64,000 bases of DNA from an uncultured Clostridia bacterium (GTDB lineage Bacteria > Bacillota > Clostridia > Christensenellales > UBA1242). Below the pieces are notes generated by a model that did not search any database, was not told where the DNA came from, and was given only the letters and a program-made list of their open reading frames with translations. The DNA lies in NCBI GenBank assembly GCA_944383685.1, contig CALWQM010000006.1, positions 25,767 to 89,766 of the forward strand. The letters are read 5' to 3'. Both the position numbers and the translations under genes were made by a program. Shown in pieces: positions 9,701 to 18,488 of the stretch (within the stretch, counting starts at the first letter, position 1; the number at the start of each line of letters is the position of its first letter).

Positions 9701-12700
9701 AGCTGTGAAGGTTGAGTTTAGTTTGTATTCTTATCAAACAATGCTAAGTTCTTACATATATCTTTCTTCATATAATGCAACCTTAAAGAGTGATGCGGGT
9801 TTAGATAGACTTACAGTTGAAAAAATGGCAAGCCCTGTTATAGCTTATGAAAAATCAACCAGCAATTTAACATGGCAAGCAGTAGGCGAAGAAAGTGCCG
9901 AAACTGTTTATGTGGTTTATGACATTTCAAGCGGTGAACGTGTGCAAGTTTCTTCTTCAAATGCAACAGCTTATAATGTTGACCTTTCACTTTTGACCTT
10001 ATCAACTGATTATAAGTATGTTGTTGTTGCAACAAATCCATATTATCTTGAATCTGGTGAGTCTAATGAGATTTTAATTCATAAGTTAAGCCCAATTAAT
10101 TCGGTTAAACTTGCGGACAACAAAATTCAGTTTTCTGCTCGTGTGGAGGATGTTGATTTTGTTAAACATACTTCACTTGTTATTGATGAAAATCCTGAAA
10201 TTGAAATAAGCAATTTTGAGCATACAATCACCACAGACGGAACTTACAACTTTAAATTTGTTGCCACCGACAGCTTAGAGGCAAGTGGGAAATATTATAT
10301 TGATTCAAGTGTGACAACCTATTTAGTAAACTCAATGTCAACCATTGCACCTAGTGATGAAAATGTGAAATTTCAAGATAACACAGTTTCTTTTGAAAAG
10401 TTTGGACAAGACAAAAACTTGCAAAGTTTAAGATACATAATTGTGTTTAGTGACGCATCTAATAATATGGTTCAAATACCAACAACTGAAAATACCTACA
10501 CAATAGACCAACAAAGCGATTTAAATCCTTTGAACAATTTGACAGCAGGCGATATTAAAATTGAGGTTTATGCTGTGCTTGACCCTTATAATATTTCCGC
10601 AAATGGTGAAATTTATTATGGTGAAGAAATAAGCTTGTCTAATGGTGAAAAAATGTTTAATGCATTTAAATATACCAGTGATAAAGTGATTACAAAACTT
10701 ACAACCCCAACCATTTCAAATATTGAATTTGTTGAACAAGATAATGCTCAAAGACCAACCATGAAAATTCATGTGAATGGAAATTATTCAAGCAATGAAA
10801 AGTTCCTTGTGTTTATTGGAAACACTGATGTTTATGTTAAGGAAGTTGATTGTGCCACTGCCATGACAAAAGAAAATACATATGAAATCGACTTGGCTTT
10901 TAGTGAATTTAGTGATTATCTTCCTGTTGGTGAAGAAACAGAAATTTACATTTATGTGACAAGCAGTAACAATTTACCATCATCGTATAGTTCTGCAGCT
11001 ATTTACCGCAATAAACCTCTTCTTTCCATTGAACAAAATTCTAATGCTGACCAAATTGGTTATGTTCAAAGAATAACTTTCACTTTTGAAAGTGAAGAAG
11101 CATTGCAATATGCAACAGGCGGAATTACATTGAACATAAATTACACAAGCGGTGAAGAAACAAAAACTGCCACATTGCAAGTGCCAACTAATAGTTATGT
11201 TGATGCCAACAAAATTACTTATGACCTAACAAGTTTCTTTGGCCAAAACATGGCAAGTGGTGGAAGCCTAAGTTACAGTGCATTTGTCAACAATTTCAAC
11301 GGAAACGGAAAGTATTATTTGTCCAGTGAAAGCATTGAAAGTCAGGCGTATAATGTGCTTGAAAGCCCTGAAAACTATTTAAACAAACTTCAAGGTGGAG
11401 TGGAAATTGGCGGAAAGGAAGACGGCTCATTAATTAATAGCACTGAAACAAAATACATTATCACCAAGGGCAGTGAAAGATATGAAATAACTTTGAATGA
11501 CGAAGGTAAATTCTATTTTGAATATCCAACAACTTGGGAAAATGGCAACCACTCTTACACCATTGTGGCAATTGAAGATGGCATGATTAATTCAAACTTT
11601 GTGACAGTAAGCTTAGACATGGAAAGACTTGACAAGGTCACAAATATAACCTTCAAGCGAGATGCAAGTTTGCAGGCAATTTCACTTTCATGGGATGCGG
11701 TGGCAAATGCAGATAATTACATCATAAGAGCTTATGTCACAGGTGAACAAGACACCTTAATCAACGAGTTTGAAACAAGTTCAACTTCTTTCTTGATGTC
11801 AAATGTTTTTGGTGAAAATTTTGAAAAGTTATCAGGATATATCTCTCTTGGTGCAAATATTAGATTTGATATAATTGCCTCAAACTCACAAAACACAAAT
11901 TATAACAATTCATCAATTCAATATGTTTATGCTGAATTTTTGGCAAACAACATAACAGTTCTTGATTTCAACGTTGGGGAAGATGGACAACTTTATTTCC
12001 CAACTGAAATTGGAAAAGATTATATGTATCGTGTTGTGGATGTAAGCGGAACAGAGTATTTAAGTTGGCAGACAATCACAGCCGTTGCAGATTCCTATGT
12101 TTTAGATTTAACTGGTATTGAAGCTTTAACTTCTGCAAACACATTTAGAGTTCAAGTTATAACTGTTGGAAATGCAACCACCGCAGGAACAATATATAAT
12201 GACGACACAATTAAGCTTATAATTGACTCTGCTTATGTTGCCAGTGAAAAAACTTTTATGCTTTCACCAACGGCACATGAGGTAAGGCCAAATGAGATTG
12301 ATGCAAGTGGAATTTACATTTCTCTTGAAGATCAAAGCTCAGTTATATACGCAAGTTTAAGTTCAAAATATGACTATAATCAAGTGGTTAAACTTGATAT
12401 AGATTACTCCAACATTGTTGAAGAAAACGGATATTATCTTTACAACATGGATTACACCGGCATTTTTGATATGTTTAATGTTGAAACTACCACAAAAATT
12501 TATTTCTTCTCTTATAAATCTGGGGAAGAAGCTAATTATGTTATTTCAAAACCATTTGAATATGAGTTTAAGGTTGAGTCCACCACAGAATATTCTGGCA
12601 TTGAAAAAATTACATCAGGTGACAATGTTGACCTTGTAAATTCATATATCACGGTTGACAGAAACACACAAAATAATTTAATCACAGCATTTTACATCAA

Positions 12701-15700
12701 AATTCTTTACACTGCTCCTGGTGGAGAAACTCAAACTTTCAAATATATGTATAGCGGTGTCAATTTTGAATATAATCTTTTTGAAAACAAGATTGGCATT
12801 AATGTGACCACAATTTTGAATGATAACGATGTTGATAACGGGGTGGGAACATACAAACTTTATATAAGCAACATCAAAGTGGAAAATCAAGGTTCAGAGG
12901 ATAGCCCAAATTATGTTACATATTTTAGTCCTTATGTTGAGGTGACTAAAGATGGCGAAGAATTTTTGTTTACAAAGCTTCCTGAAATGACAAGTGTATA
13001 TTTGAATAATGGTGATTTGTATTGGACTTATGATGAAAATTACTTAGAGCAAACAACAAAATATTACATCTATTATAGAAGCATATCAAACACAAATGAC
13101 TATAATAAATATGAAACAACTTCAAACACACAAAATTCTTTCAGTGGATTGTTGTTTGCAGGCTCAACAAATGCTTACAATATTTCAGTTAGACCTGTAA
13201 GCGAAGATGCTAAAATTATCGCTGGCAATGAAAAATATGTTGCGGACAGTGAAGGAACACCAATCAATGTTGTTAAAAACAGATTTAATAATCCTCTCAA
13301 ACTTTCCAGCACAGGAACGCTTTATGTAGATTGGAAGTCTCAAGACCCAGAAACCACAACCGACCATGATATTTATAAGCTGTTGACACAAGAAACAATC
13401 ACAACGGAAATGGCAAATGATTTTGTCAATGAAACTTTCTATTATCCTTTCACTTTCAACATAAGCGACTTAACTTATGGTAACACAAGGGTAAGATTTA
13501 GATTTACATCATATTTAGATGACTCAAAAGAAACCATTTCTTATCGCCGTTCAGTTGATATCAATGCAATTTATTTACTTGGCATCCTAGATATTGGAAA
13601 TGATACTTTCTTGCAAAAAATAGATGAAATTTCAAAACTCTTGGTTGATTCAGCCGAACAAAATCTTGTTAAAGCTTTCAGCGACACAGTCATGAAAAGA
13701 ATGGGCGGAATTGGAAGTTATATCAACATATTTGACGATTTCTTTGAACTTATCCAAGAAGGAAAATATGAAATTGAATATTGCTTGTTGGGTAATTCAT
13801 CAACTTTAACTTCTGTTTGGTACACCTTGACACAAGATGACGGCAGTAAAGACTTTTATGTTAATTCAACTCCAAAAGTAAATGCTGGGGTCACCAAAGT
13901 TAGTGAAATTTCAAATGAATATTTTGTTAAACTTAGAGAAAGCGAAGTTTATGGTAAAGATGGCACAAAAATGCCTGCAACAACTTATTATCTTCAAATG
14001 AAAAACAGCAATGAAACCAAAAAATATGGTTTTGAAATAAGCACACAAGATAGTGGCGCAACTTGGAATTTGAAGATGACTGGCAATGATGAAATTGCTG
14101 CTTACAATATTGATAAGGAAGTTGGCAGTGATGGATATAATTACCTTGTAATTTACTTTAACTTACATAATGGCAATTCAATCAAATCAAAATACAACGA
14201 ATATGTTAAGGATGAAGACTTTGCTTTTGAAATATATGCACAGGGCAACAGTTCTTCCCTTTCAAGTAAGTCGTCAAGATTCACAATTTCCTTCTATAAT
14301 GCTTGCGATGATTTCAAGATTGAAGATGGTGAATTTAGTTGGATATCTTACTTAAACAACGACACAAAAATTGTTTATAAAGCAGAAAATGATGCAAGTG
14401 AAAAAACGGTTGTGGTGAAACCAGAAGTTAACAAAATGTCCTATTTCAGCCTTGAAGGACTCAGCACAGGTAGGTATGAATATATCAAATTTGTCACCCT
14501 CGGTAAGGTTGAAGGAAATGTTATAAGGGTAGATAGTGAAGTTTATACAGTTAGCAATGTTTACAAACTTATTGCTCCAACTCTCAGTGCTGACTTGAAC
14601 CTTATTGCAGTTGATGATTCAAACAACGAAGGTTTCTATGAATTAAGTTACAGCGATAACGAATTTAACAGGTTTAATGTTTATAATGATGTTTCAACAT
14701 CAAGTTTAAGTTACACATTCTCTTCCGGCGAGCAGGTTGCTCTTTATGAACCAGGCATAACCAATTATTTGACAACAGATGTCGATTATGCATACAAGGC
14801 AACAGAAGAAACTGCAACAAAGTTCAACTTTTTAAGTTTGGGAAGCACAGCAAGTTTCAATGCTGTTCTTGATGTTAATGACATATCAAACAACACTTAT
14901 AATTTCAAAGTGGTTGGAAAAGAGAGTGAAGATGTTGCAATTTGTGTTATGAGCACGGTGAAAGAAATTTCTGCATCTATGCTTAATCCAGTGACAAACA
15001 TTTTGGTAAGCAATGGTATTATCACATGGAGTGATGTTGATGTTTTGGGTGAAAACACTTATGACGAAGAAAACTATGATTTAGTTTATAAAGTTACATT
15101 AACATTCTATGACAAAAACAACAGTTCATCAGGAACAACAAATGACACTGTTGGCGAAAGCATCGTAAGTTACACAGCAAAAACCTCTTTTGACACATCA
15201 AAAGTTGAAGATATGTTCCCAGTAGAAATTAACTACCTTAAAATCACAATTCAAGCAATGGTGTTGCAAGTTTTTGATGCTGAGTCATCTGGAAATTATG
15301 TTTCACTTATTGAAGGTGGCTATGCGGAAGGCAAAAATATCCTTTATTCAAATGTTAGAAATTACATTTTAATTTCAAATGGTGCAACAGCAAGCGATAT
15401 CCAATTCTCCGCACCTGTCACAAATTTAAGGGTGGAGGATGGAAAAATCAAATGGGATTATCAAGGAAATGGTAACTTTACAGTTGAGGATAGCGATGGT
15501 AACTCAATTTCAGGACAGATAACCGCAAACGGCGAAACCTACACATTCACACCAGACAACAATGCTCTATCTTTTGGTGACCATGAAATAGCTGTCTATG
15601 CAAACAGCACTGATGGATATAACATTGTTAAATCTAAGGGTGTCAAGACAATAGTTCATAAACTTTATAACTTCGGCGAAGATGGTGAAATTGATTATGA

Positions 15701-17390
15701 AATTTATGAAGACACCAGAAATAACACCGATGGTGAAGCAGAAACTGTTGAAATATTAGATTTCACAAAATATTTCGAGAAAAATTCTGCTGGCATCAAT
15801 GTTACCTTAACAATTTCATACATGGATGCAGACAGCATTTTAAGAACTTTTGAAATAACCAAAGAAAATTGCAAAGTTGTTATTACATCTTCTCCTGATG
15901 TTATAATTGAAACAACAGAAAATGTTTTATCCGTTATTGACGTATTAAGTTTAACAGTTGAAGCAAAAGGTGAATATGCTGATGGCAGAACAAACAATAT
16001 TTTAAATGCCGATCAATTCATTCTTGACCTTGAAAGACCAGAAAATAATTATGTTATTTCTTGGGATGAAACCAAAGATATATTCAGTTGGGCACTTCAA
16101 GAAGGTGCGGAAGAATTGAGAAATGATGAAGATATTGTCTTTGTTGTTACCGTGAGATATAATCATTCAACTTTTGATAATGAGACAAGAAAATACGAAC
16201 TTACTGGAACAGAGTTTATGCCAACAGTAATTTCAAATGTTTCTCTTGACCTTGCAATTAAGTTTGGCAGTCAAGGACTTATTTCAAAAACAGTATCTTA
16301 CAAAAATGAAGTAGACAACAGAGATTATGCAAGATTTGACTTGTTTGAAAGTGGCTCTGGAACACAAGAAGACCCTTACGTTATTTCAAATGAAAATCAC
16401 TTCACAAATATGCAATACAGAATGACAAAGCCAAGTTATTTAACGAGTTATACTGATGAAGATGGCTTAACACAAATCGAGCCAGAAAGATTCTATTTCA
16501 ACATCACAAACGGACTTAAAATCACCTTCAATGACGACCAAGGAATTTATTTTAAAGGCGATTTTGAAGGAGTTATTCAAGGAAATAACAATTTAATTAC
16601 TTACACATCAAAGGCTGTTGAAGCTTTAACAAATTATATTGATGTTAGAGATGGCACAATTAAAAGTTTGGAAAGTGGTCAGTCCTCAACAAGGTTTAGT
16701 TATGGAATTGGCCTGTTTGAAAGCTTAAGTTCAAATGCTTCAATTTCAAACTTGATTATCAAACCTAACTTCACATCCGCTGAAATAATTACTCAGCACG
16801 TTTTGGTTGCAGGGCTTGTCATCAACAATCGTGGAACAATAACAAATGTCAGTGTGGATGGAATGACATCAAATCTTGTTATATACAGAAGCACACAGTC
16901 ATTAATTGGGGCTTACAGTGGAATTGCCAGCATTAACAGTGGAACAATTTCTTCCTGCAACATAACAGGAGATATTGCTCTTACTGATACCAATGCGGTT
17001 GGAAGTAATGCAAGTCAGGCTTATGCACAAAACTTCTTTATTGGCGGAATTTGTTACACCAATTACAGAGAAATAAGAAACTGTATTTTGGAAGCTAATA
17101 TAACCCTTACCGTTGGAAGCAACATGATGACAACACACCAAATTGCAGGCATAAGTGTTACCTCAACAGAAACTGGCACTCTTGCAAACAATCAAATTGC
17201 AACCTCTGCTGGGGAAACTTATAAAGTTACAATAACTTGCACAAATTCAAATCAGTGCAGAGCTTATGTTGCAGGGCTTGCAGTTTATGGAAAAGGCTCA
17301 ATAAGTGGCAACACAACAAATGAGGGCTGTGCTGTTGCAAACAATGTGACAGAAGCACATGTTGTGACAGATATTTATGACGGAATTTAA
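6759..17390 (+). CDS. Giant lipoprotein (3543 aa): many Fn3-like beta-sandwich repeats plus a C-terminal GLUG-type beta-helix head
   Basis: Signal peptide II with lipobox LSA-C23. Recurrent (K/R)LxxP...LxW..V..A..Y units. GSGTQEDPYVIS cap at 16353, followed by FKGDFEGVIQG, GIGLFESL, VAGLV, YSGIASIN, IGGICYTN and IAGISV rungs. Confidence 0.85.
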   Translation: MKKINILLVSIFTVLVGTFLSACNFKTESASFTQDEISVSVGDEINLADYIEAKEVDKNDITFKFSNSALFSQNSSVLTANSFGQSVVYATYDGNTLDSMRIVVRKPFEQVTNITMDDLGLVTWNNVVDKFDETENFTSPSQYKIHFSYVNMDTQETREYDEFVNTNSYQLVENGRYTLTFYAVGEGKFDDSLPASVTVYFGYMPKLAKSDFTFDVTNNTLTWSNVSDACYSVEFNGQVISEKQAENSINLTENLASLEAGDYQLNIIVHDKNEEKISVKSEDILINKLVAPVGENLFDETSGGRFQITAPDNFEKVEVKLGEEFSFDFNEKVSVTTFEGVTAGKYMVTAKVFAEESDTPGVFYADSDIVTLGYIYKLDKLTLQGTGNNAVDATSFNFDVNRTFNEVTSKVKVVLKGGETVEKVEDGFSTYESNLNKNVDVAESGTYNLSVFELAGQATINFENDDCFVINSDESDLLNFVKLDAFSNFAGYEAVVHAYETDKSILQFNLVESASNYSLLVKNAEEFETVEPDLYSYENGKFTFNGKIENLFSDYINSNEITFKIVAENENKQNSISSSAIKTLSVLETPTSDGGNIESDTYSFNSVAGADDYFVRYAIIDKVQYSLGVDGIETESLSFTETTISETSLTLDAGNYYYIEIAANPENESLNLTSNTFKAVFFLSKALDTPVVSFGYDESYQGAITDASGYFLKVNNVENMESLTVVNGASQMTSYSTGENETIYLFTDNFSAEISVDIMVTAHSNDSTIYLDSETYTLTVTRLKSIQYADLIFDELTKNMTVKGGIEGVTKIRIFESGTIKVESPNIDAVLGISKITNSTVTVNLYGSKLEDKLFEVVDDKVYLDSATSTFNLRRLESPTEFSYKDGNLTFVTDRTRVEYFVLDMFLVDVNNNQKLLKVNLTSPEIDVDIYDVLADEIALIQEDIKLTGEVLSGDGTFEIDFNTLLSLIKENETLNTYYSQAVKVEFSLYSYQTMLSSYIYLSSYNATLKSDAGLDRLTVEKMASPVIAYEKSTSNLTWQAVGEESAETVYVVYDISSGERVQVSSSNATAYNVDLSLLTLSTDYKYVVVATNPYYLESGESNEILIHKLSPINSVKLADNKIQFSARVEDVDFVKHTSLVIDENPEIEISNFEHTITTDGTYNFKFVATDSLEASGKYYIDSSVTTYLVNSMSTIAPSDENVKFQDNTVSFEKFGQDKNLQSLRYIIVFSDASNNMVQIPTTENTYTIDQQSDLNPLNNLTAGDIKIEVYAVLDPYNISANGEIYYGEEISLSNGEKMFNAFKYTSDKVITKLTTPTISNIEFVEQDNAQRPTMKIHVNGNYSSNEKFLVFIGNTDVYVKEVDCATAMTKENTYEIDLAFSEFSDYLPVGEETEIYIYVTSSNNLPSSYSSAAIYRNKPLLSIEQNSNADQIGYVQRITFTFESEEALQYATGGITLNINYTSGEETKTATLQVPTNSYVDANKITYDLTSFFGQNMASGGSLSYSAFVNNFNGNGKYYLSSESIESQAYNVLESPENYLNKLQGGVEIGGKEDGSLINSTETKYIITKGSERYEITLNDEGKFYFEYPTTWENGNHSYTIVAIEDGMINSNFVTVSLDMERLDKVTNITFKRDASLQAISLSWDAVANADNYIIRAYVTGEQDTLINEFETSSTSFLMSNVFGENFEKLSGYISLGANIRFDIIASNSQNTNYNNSSIQYVYAEFLANNITVLDFNVGEDGQLYFPTEIGKDYMYRVVDVSGTEYLSWQTITAVADSYVLDLTGIEALTSANTFRVQVITVGNATTAGTIYNDDTIKLIIDSAYVASEKTFMLSPTAHEVRPNEIDASGIYISLEDQSSVIYASLSSKYDYNQVVKLDIDYSNIVEENGYYLYNMDYTGIFDMFNVETTTKIYFFSYKSGEEANYVISKPFEYEFKVESTTEYSGIEKITSGDNVDLVNSYITVDRNTQNNLITAFYIKILYTAPGGETQTFKYMYSGVNFEYNLFENKIGINVTTILNDNDVDNGVGTYKLYISNIKVENQGSEDSPNYVTYFSPYVEVTKDGEEFLFTKLPEMTSVYLNNGDLYWTYDENYLEQTTKYYIYYRSISNTNDYNKYETTSNTQNSFSGLLFAGSTNAYNISVRPVSEDAKIIAGNEKYVADSEGTPINVVKNRFNNPLKLSSTGTLYVDWKSQDPETTTDHDIYKLLTQETITTEMANDFVNETFYYPFTFNISDLTYGNTRVRFRFTSYLDDSKETISYRRSVDINAIYLLGILDIGNDTFLQKIDEISKLLVDSAEQNLVKAFSDTVMKRMGGIGSYINIFDDFFELIQEGKYEIEYCLLGNSSTLTSVWYTLTQDDGSKDFYVNSTPKVNAGVTKVSEISNEYFVKLRESEVYGKDGTKMPATTYYLQMKNSNETKKYGFEISTQDSGATWNLKMTGNDEIAAYNIDKEVGSDGYNYLVIYFNLHNGNSIKSKYNEYVKDEDFAFEIYAQGNSSSLSSKSSRFTISFYNACDDFKIEDGEFSWISYLNNDTKIVYKAENDASEKTVVVKPEVNKMSYFSLEGLSTGRYEYIKFVTLGKVEGNVIRVDSEVYTVSNVYKLIAPTLSADLNLIAVDDSNNEGFYELSYSDNEFNRFNVYNDVSTSSLSYTFSSGEQVALYEPGITNYLTTDVDYAYKATEETATKFNFLSLGSTASFNAVLDVNDISNNTYNFKVVGKESEDVAICVMSTVKEISASMLNPVTNILVSNGIITWSDVDVLGENTYDEENYDLVYKVTLTFYDKNNSSSGTTNDTVGESIVSYTAKTSFDTSKVEDMFPVEINYLKITIQAMVLQVFDAESSGNYVSLIEGGYAEGKNILYSNVRNYILISNGATASDIQFSAPVTNLRVEDGKIKWDYQGNGNFTVEDSDGNSISGQITANGETYTFTPDNNALSFGDHEIAVYANSTDGYNIVKSKGVKTIVHKLYNFGEDGEIDYEIYEDTRNNTDGEAETVEILDFTKYFEKNSAGINVTLTISYMDADSILRTFEITKENCKVVITSSPDVIIETTENVLSVIDVLSLTVEAKGEYADGRTNNILNADQFILDLERPENNYVISWDETKDIFSWALQEGAEELRNDEDIVFVVTVRYNHSTFDNETRKYELTGTEFMPTVISNVSLDLAIKFGSQGLISKTVSYKNEVDNRDYARFDLFESGSGTQEDPYVISNENHFTNMQYRMTKPSYLTSYTDEDGLTQIEPERFYFNITNGLKITFNDDQGIYFKGDFEGVIQGNNNLITYTSKAVEALTNYIDVRDGTIKSLESGQSSTRFSYGIGLFESLSSNASISNLIIKPNFTSAEIITQHVLVAGLVINNRGTITNVSVDGMTSNLVIYRSTQSLIGAYSGIASINSGTISSCNITGDIALTDTNAVGSNASQAYAQNFFIGGICYTNYREIRNCILEANITLTVGSNMMTTHQIAGISVTSTETGTLANNQIATSAGETYKVTITCTNSNQCRAYVAGLAVYGKGSISGNTTNEGCAVANNVTEAHVVTDIYDGI

Positions 17391-17419
17391 TTAACGCAAT
17401 CGAATAAAAGGAAGAATTT

Positions 17420-17440
17420 ATGAATAGAATTTATCTATGA
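17420..17440 (+). other. Six-codon leader ORF MNRIYL overlapping the next start (ATGA)
   Basis: The SD-like AAGGAAG at 17408-17414 is positioned for ATG 17420, not for ATG 17437. The TGA overlaps the downstream ATG. Confidence 0.45.
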
Positions 17441-18288
17441 AAAAAATTCTTCTTTTTATTTTTCTGTCTTTATCAATCTGCTTAGGCTTATTTAATTTTT
17501 CAAGTGGATTATCCGTAACTGCTGAAAGTGTTGATAACAACAATTCTATTGAATTAATCAAAATTTCCTATGGGCAAAACAACACATTTGTGTATTTGTT
17601 TCCAGTTAATTCCAAAAAACTTGAAGAAATTGGTGTGGACAGCATATCACTTGAAGGGTTCAAGTTTTATTTAAAAGGAAACGTTTCCGTTTTGAAAGCT
17701 GCTTATGAAGAAAAAGCAAAAGAAATTGAAGATATGAAAGTTGAAGATGTTAAATATTACACTGATTATGATGCTGTTGGTTTTGAAATTGAATTTAGTT
17801 CGCTTGATGCATATTCAAAGTTTTTTGGAAGTGATGGGTCAAAAGATAATATAGGCAGTATCAAAAATAGTGGGCTTTTTACGACAAGGACAGACTATGA
17901 AATCAAGTTTCCTTTTTCCTTAAAGTCAGCGGAAGTTTTCAGGAAAATGTATTCAAATTTGGTAACCACATGGGCGGCAACTTTTGAAATTGATGACACA
18001 GCAAAAAATGAAATTGAAGGTGTTTTTGAAGATACCTCTTTTACGTATGAGCTAGTTTCAACAAGTGGGCAAATTCATAGTGACAACACATTTGAAAAAG
18101 ATGGACTTGTTTACAACATTTTTGAAAAGAATTATAGTGAATTGCAAGAAAATGAATATATTTCATTTTACACTGTGAAAGTTAACAAAGGCTGGTGGTA
18201 TTTCTTTGCACTTGTTGCAACTTTGGTGGTTACAGTTATTTGTTTTATTGTTATTAAATTGAAAAGCAAATTTATCCACAAAAATTGA
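17437..18288 (+). CDS. Hypothetical exported protein with C-terminal TM anchor (283 aa)
   Basis: N-terminal signal peptide and C-terminal WWYFFALVATLVVTVICFIVI followed by a basic tail. No terminator separates it from the giant lipoprotein gene. Confidence 0.8.
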   Translation: MKKILLFIFLSLSICLGLFNFSSGLSVTAESVDNNNSIELIKISYGQNNTFVYLFPVNSKKLEEIGVDSISLEGFKFYLKGNVSVLKAAYEEKAKEIEDMKVEDVKYYTDYDAVGFEIEFSSLDAYSKFFGSDGSKDNIGSIKNSGLFTTRTDYEIKFPFSLKSAEVFRKMYSNLVTTWAATFEIDDTAKNEIEGVFEDTSFTYELVSTSGQIHSDNTFEKDGLVYNIFEKNYSELQENEYISFYTVKVNKGWWYFFALVATLVVTVICFIVIKLKSKFIHKN

Positions 18289-18375
18289 TTTATCCACACA
18301 ATTAGTTCGTTTTAAATAGCAAATATTATCAAGATTTTTTATTAATACGCAAATTTGAAGGGTGATTTATCCACA
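18272..18375 (+). promoter_or_regulatory. Cluster of three perfect DnaA boxes (TTATCCACA) at 18272, 18290 and 18367
   Basis: Exact consensus 9-mers, all in the same orientation, within 104 bp. Confidence 0.8.
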
Positions 18376-18392
18376 TTTTTGCGTATTTTTTG
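18344..18392 (+). terminator. Terminator-like inverted repeat with DnaA box 3 in its loop
   Basis: AATACGCAAA (18344-18353) pairs with TTTGCGTATT (18378-18387), followed by a T run. Confidence 0.55.
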
Positions 18393-18433
18393 TTATTTTT
18401 TACAAACAATTTTTCAAAATATTATTTATAGCC

Positions 18434-18462
18434 TTGTAAATTTTTAAAAAAAGTGTTATAAT
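18434..18462 (+). promoter_or_regulatory. Sigma-A promoter of typA
   Basis: TTGTAA-N17-TATAAT with TG extension. Confidence 0.7.
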
Positions 18463-18488
18463 ATGTCGTTAGATTATGAGAGGGAAAT

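Noticed and set aside
18272-18460. oriC interpretation of the DnaA-box cluster
   Set aside because: There is no dnaA/dnaN nearby, no change in gene orientation across the site and no obvious DnaA-trio run. Kept only as a non-origin cluster.
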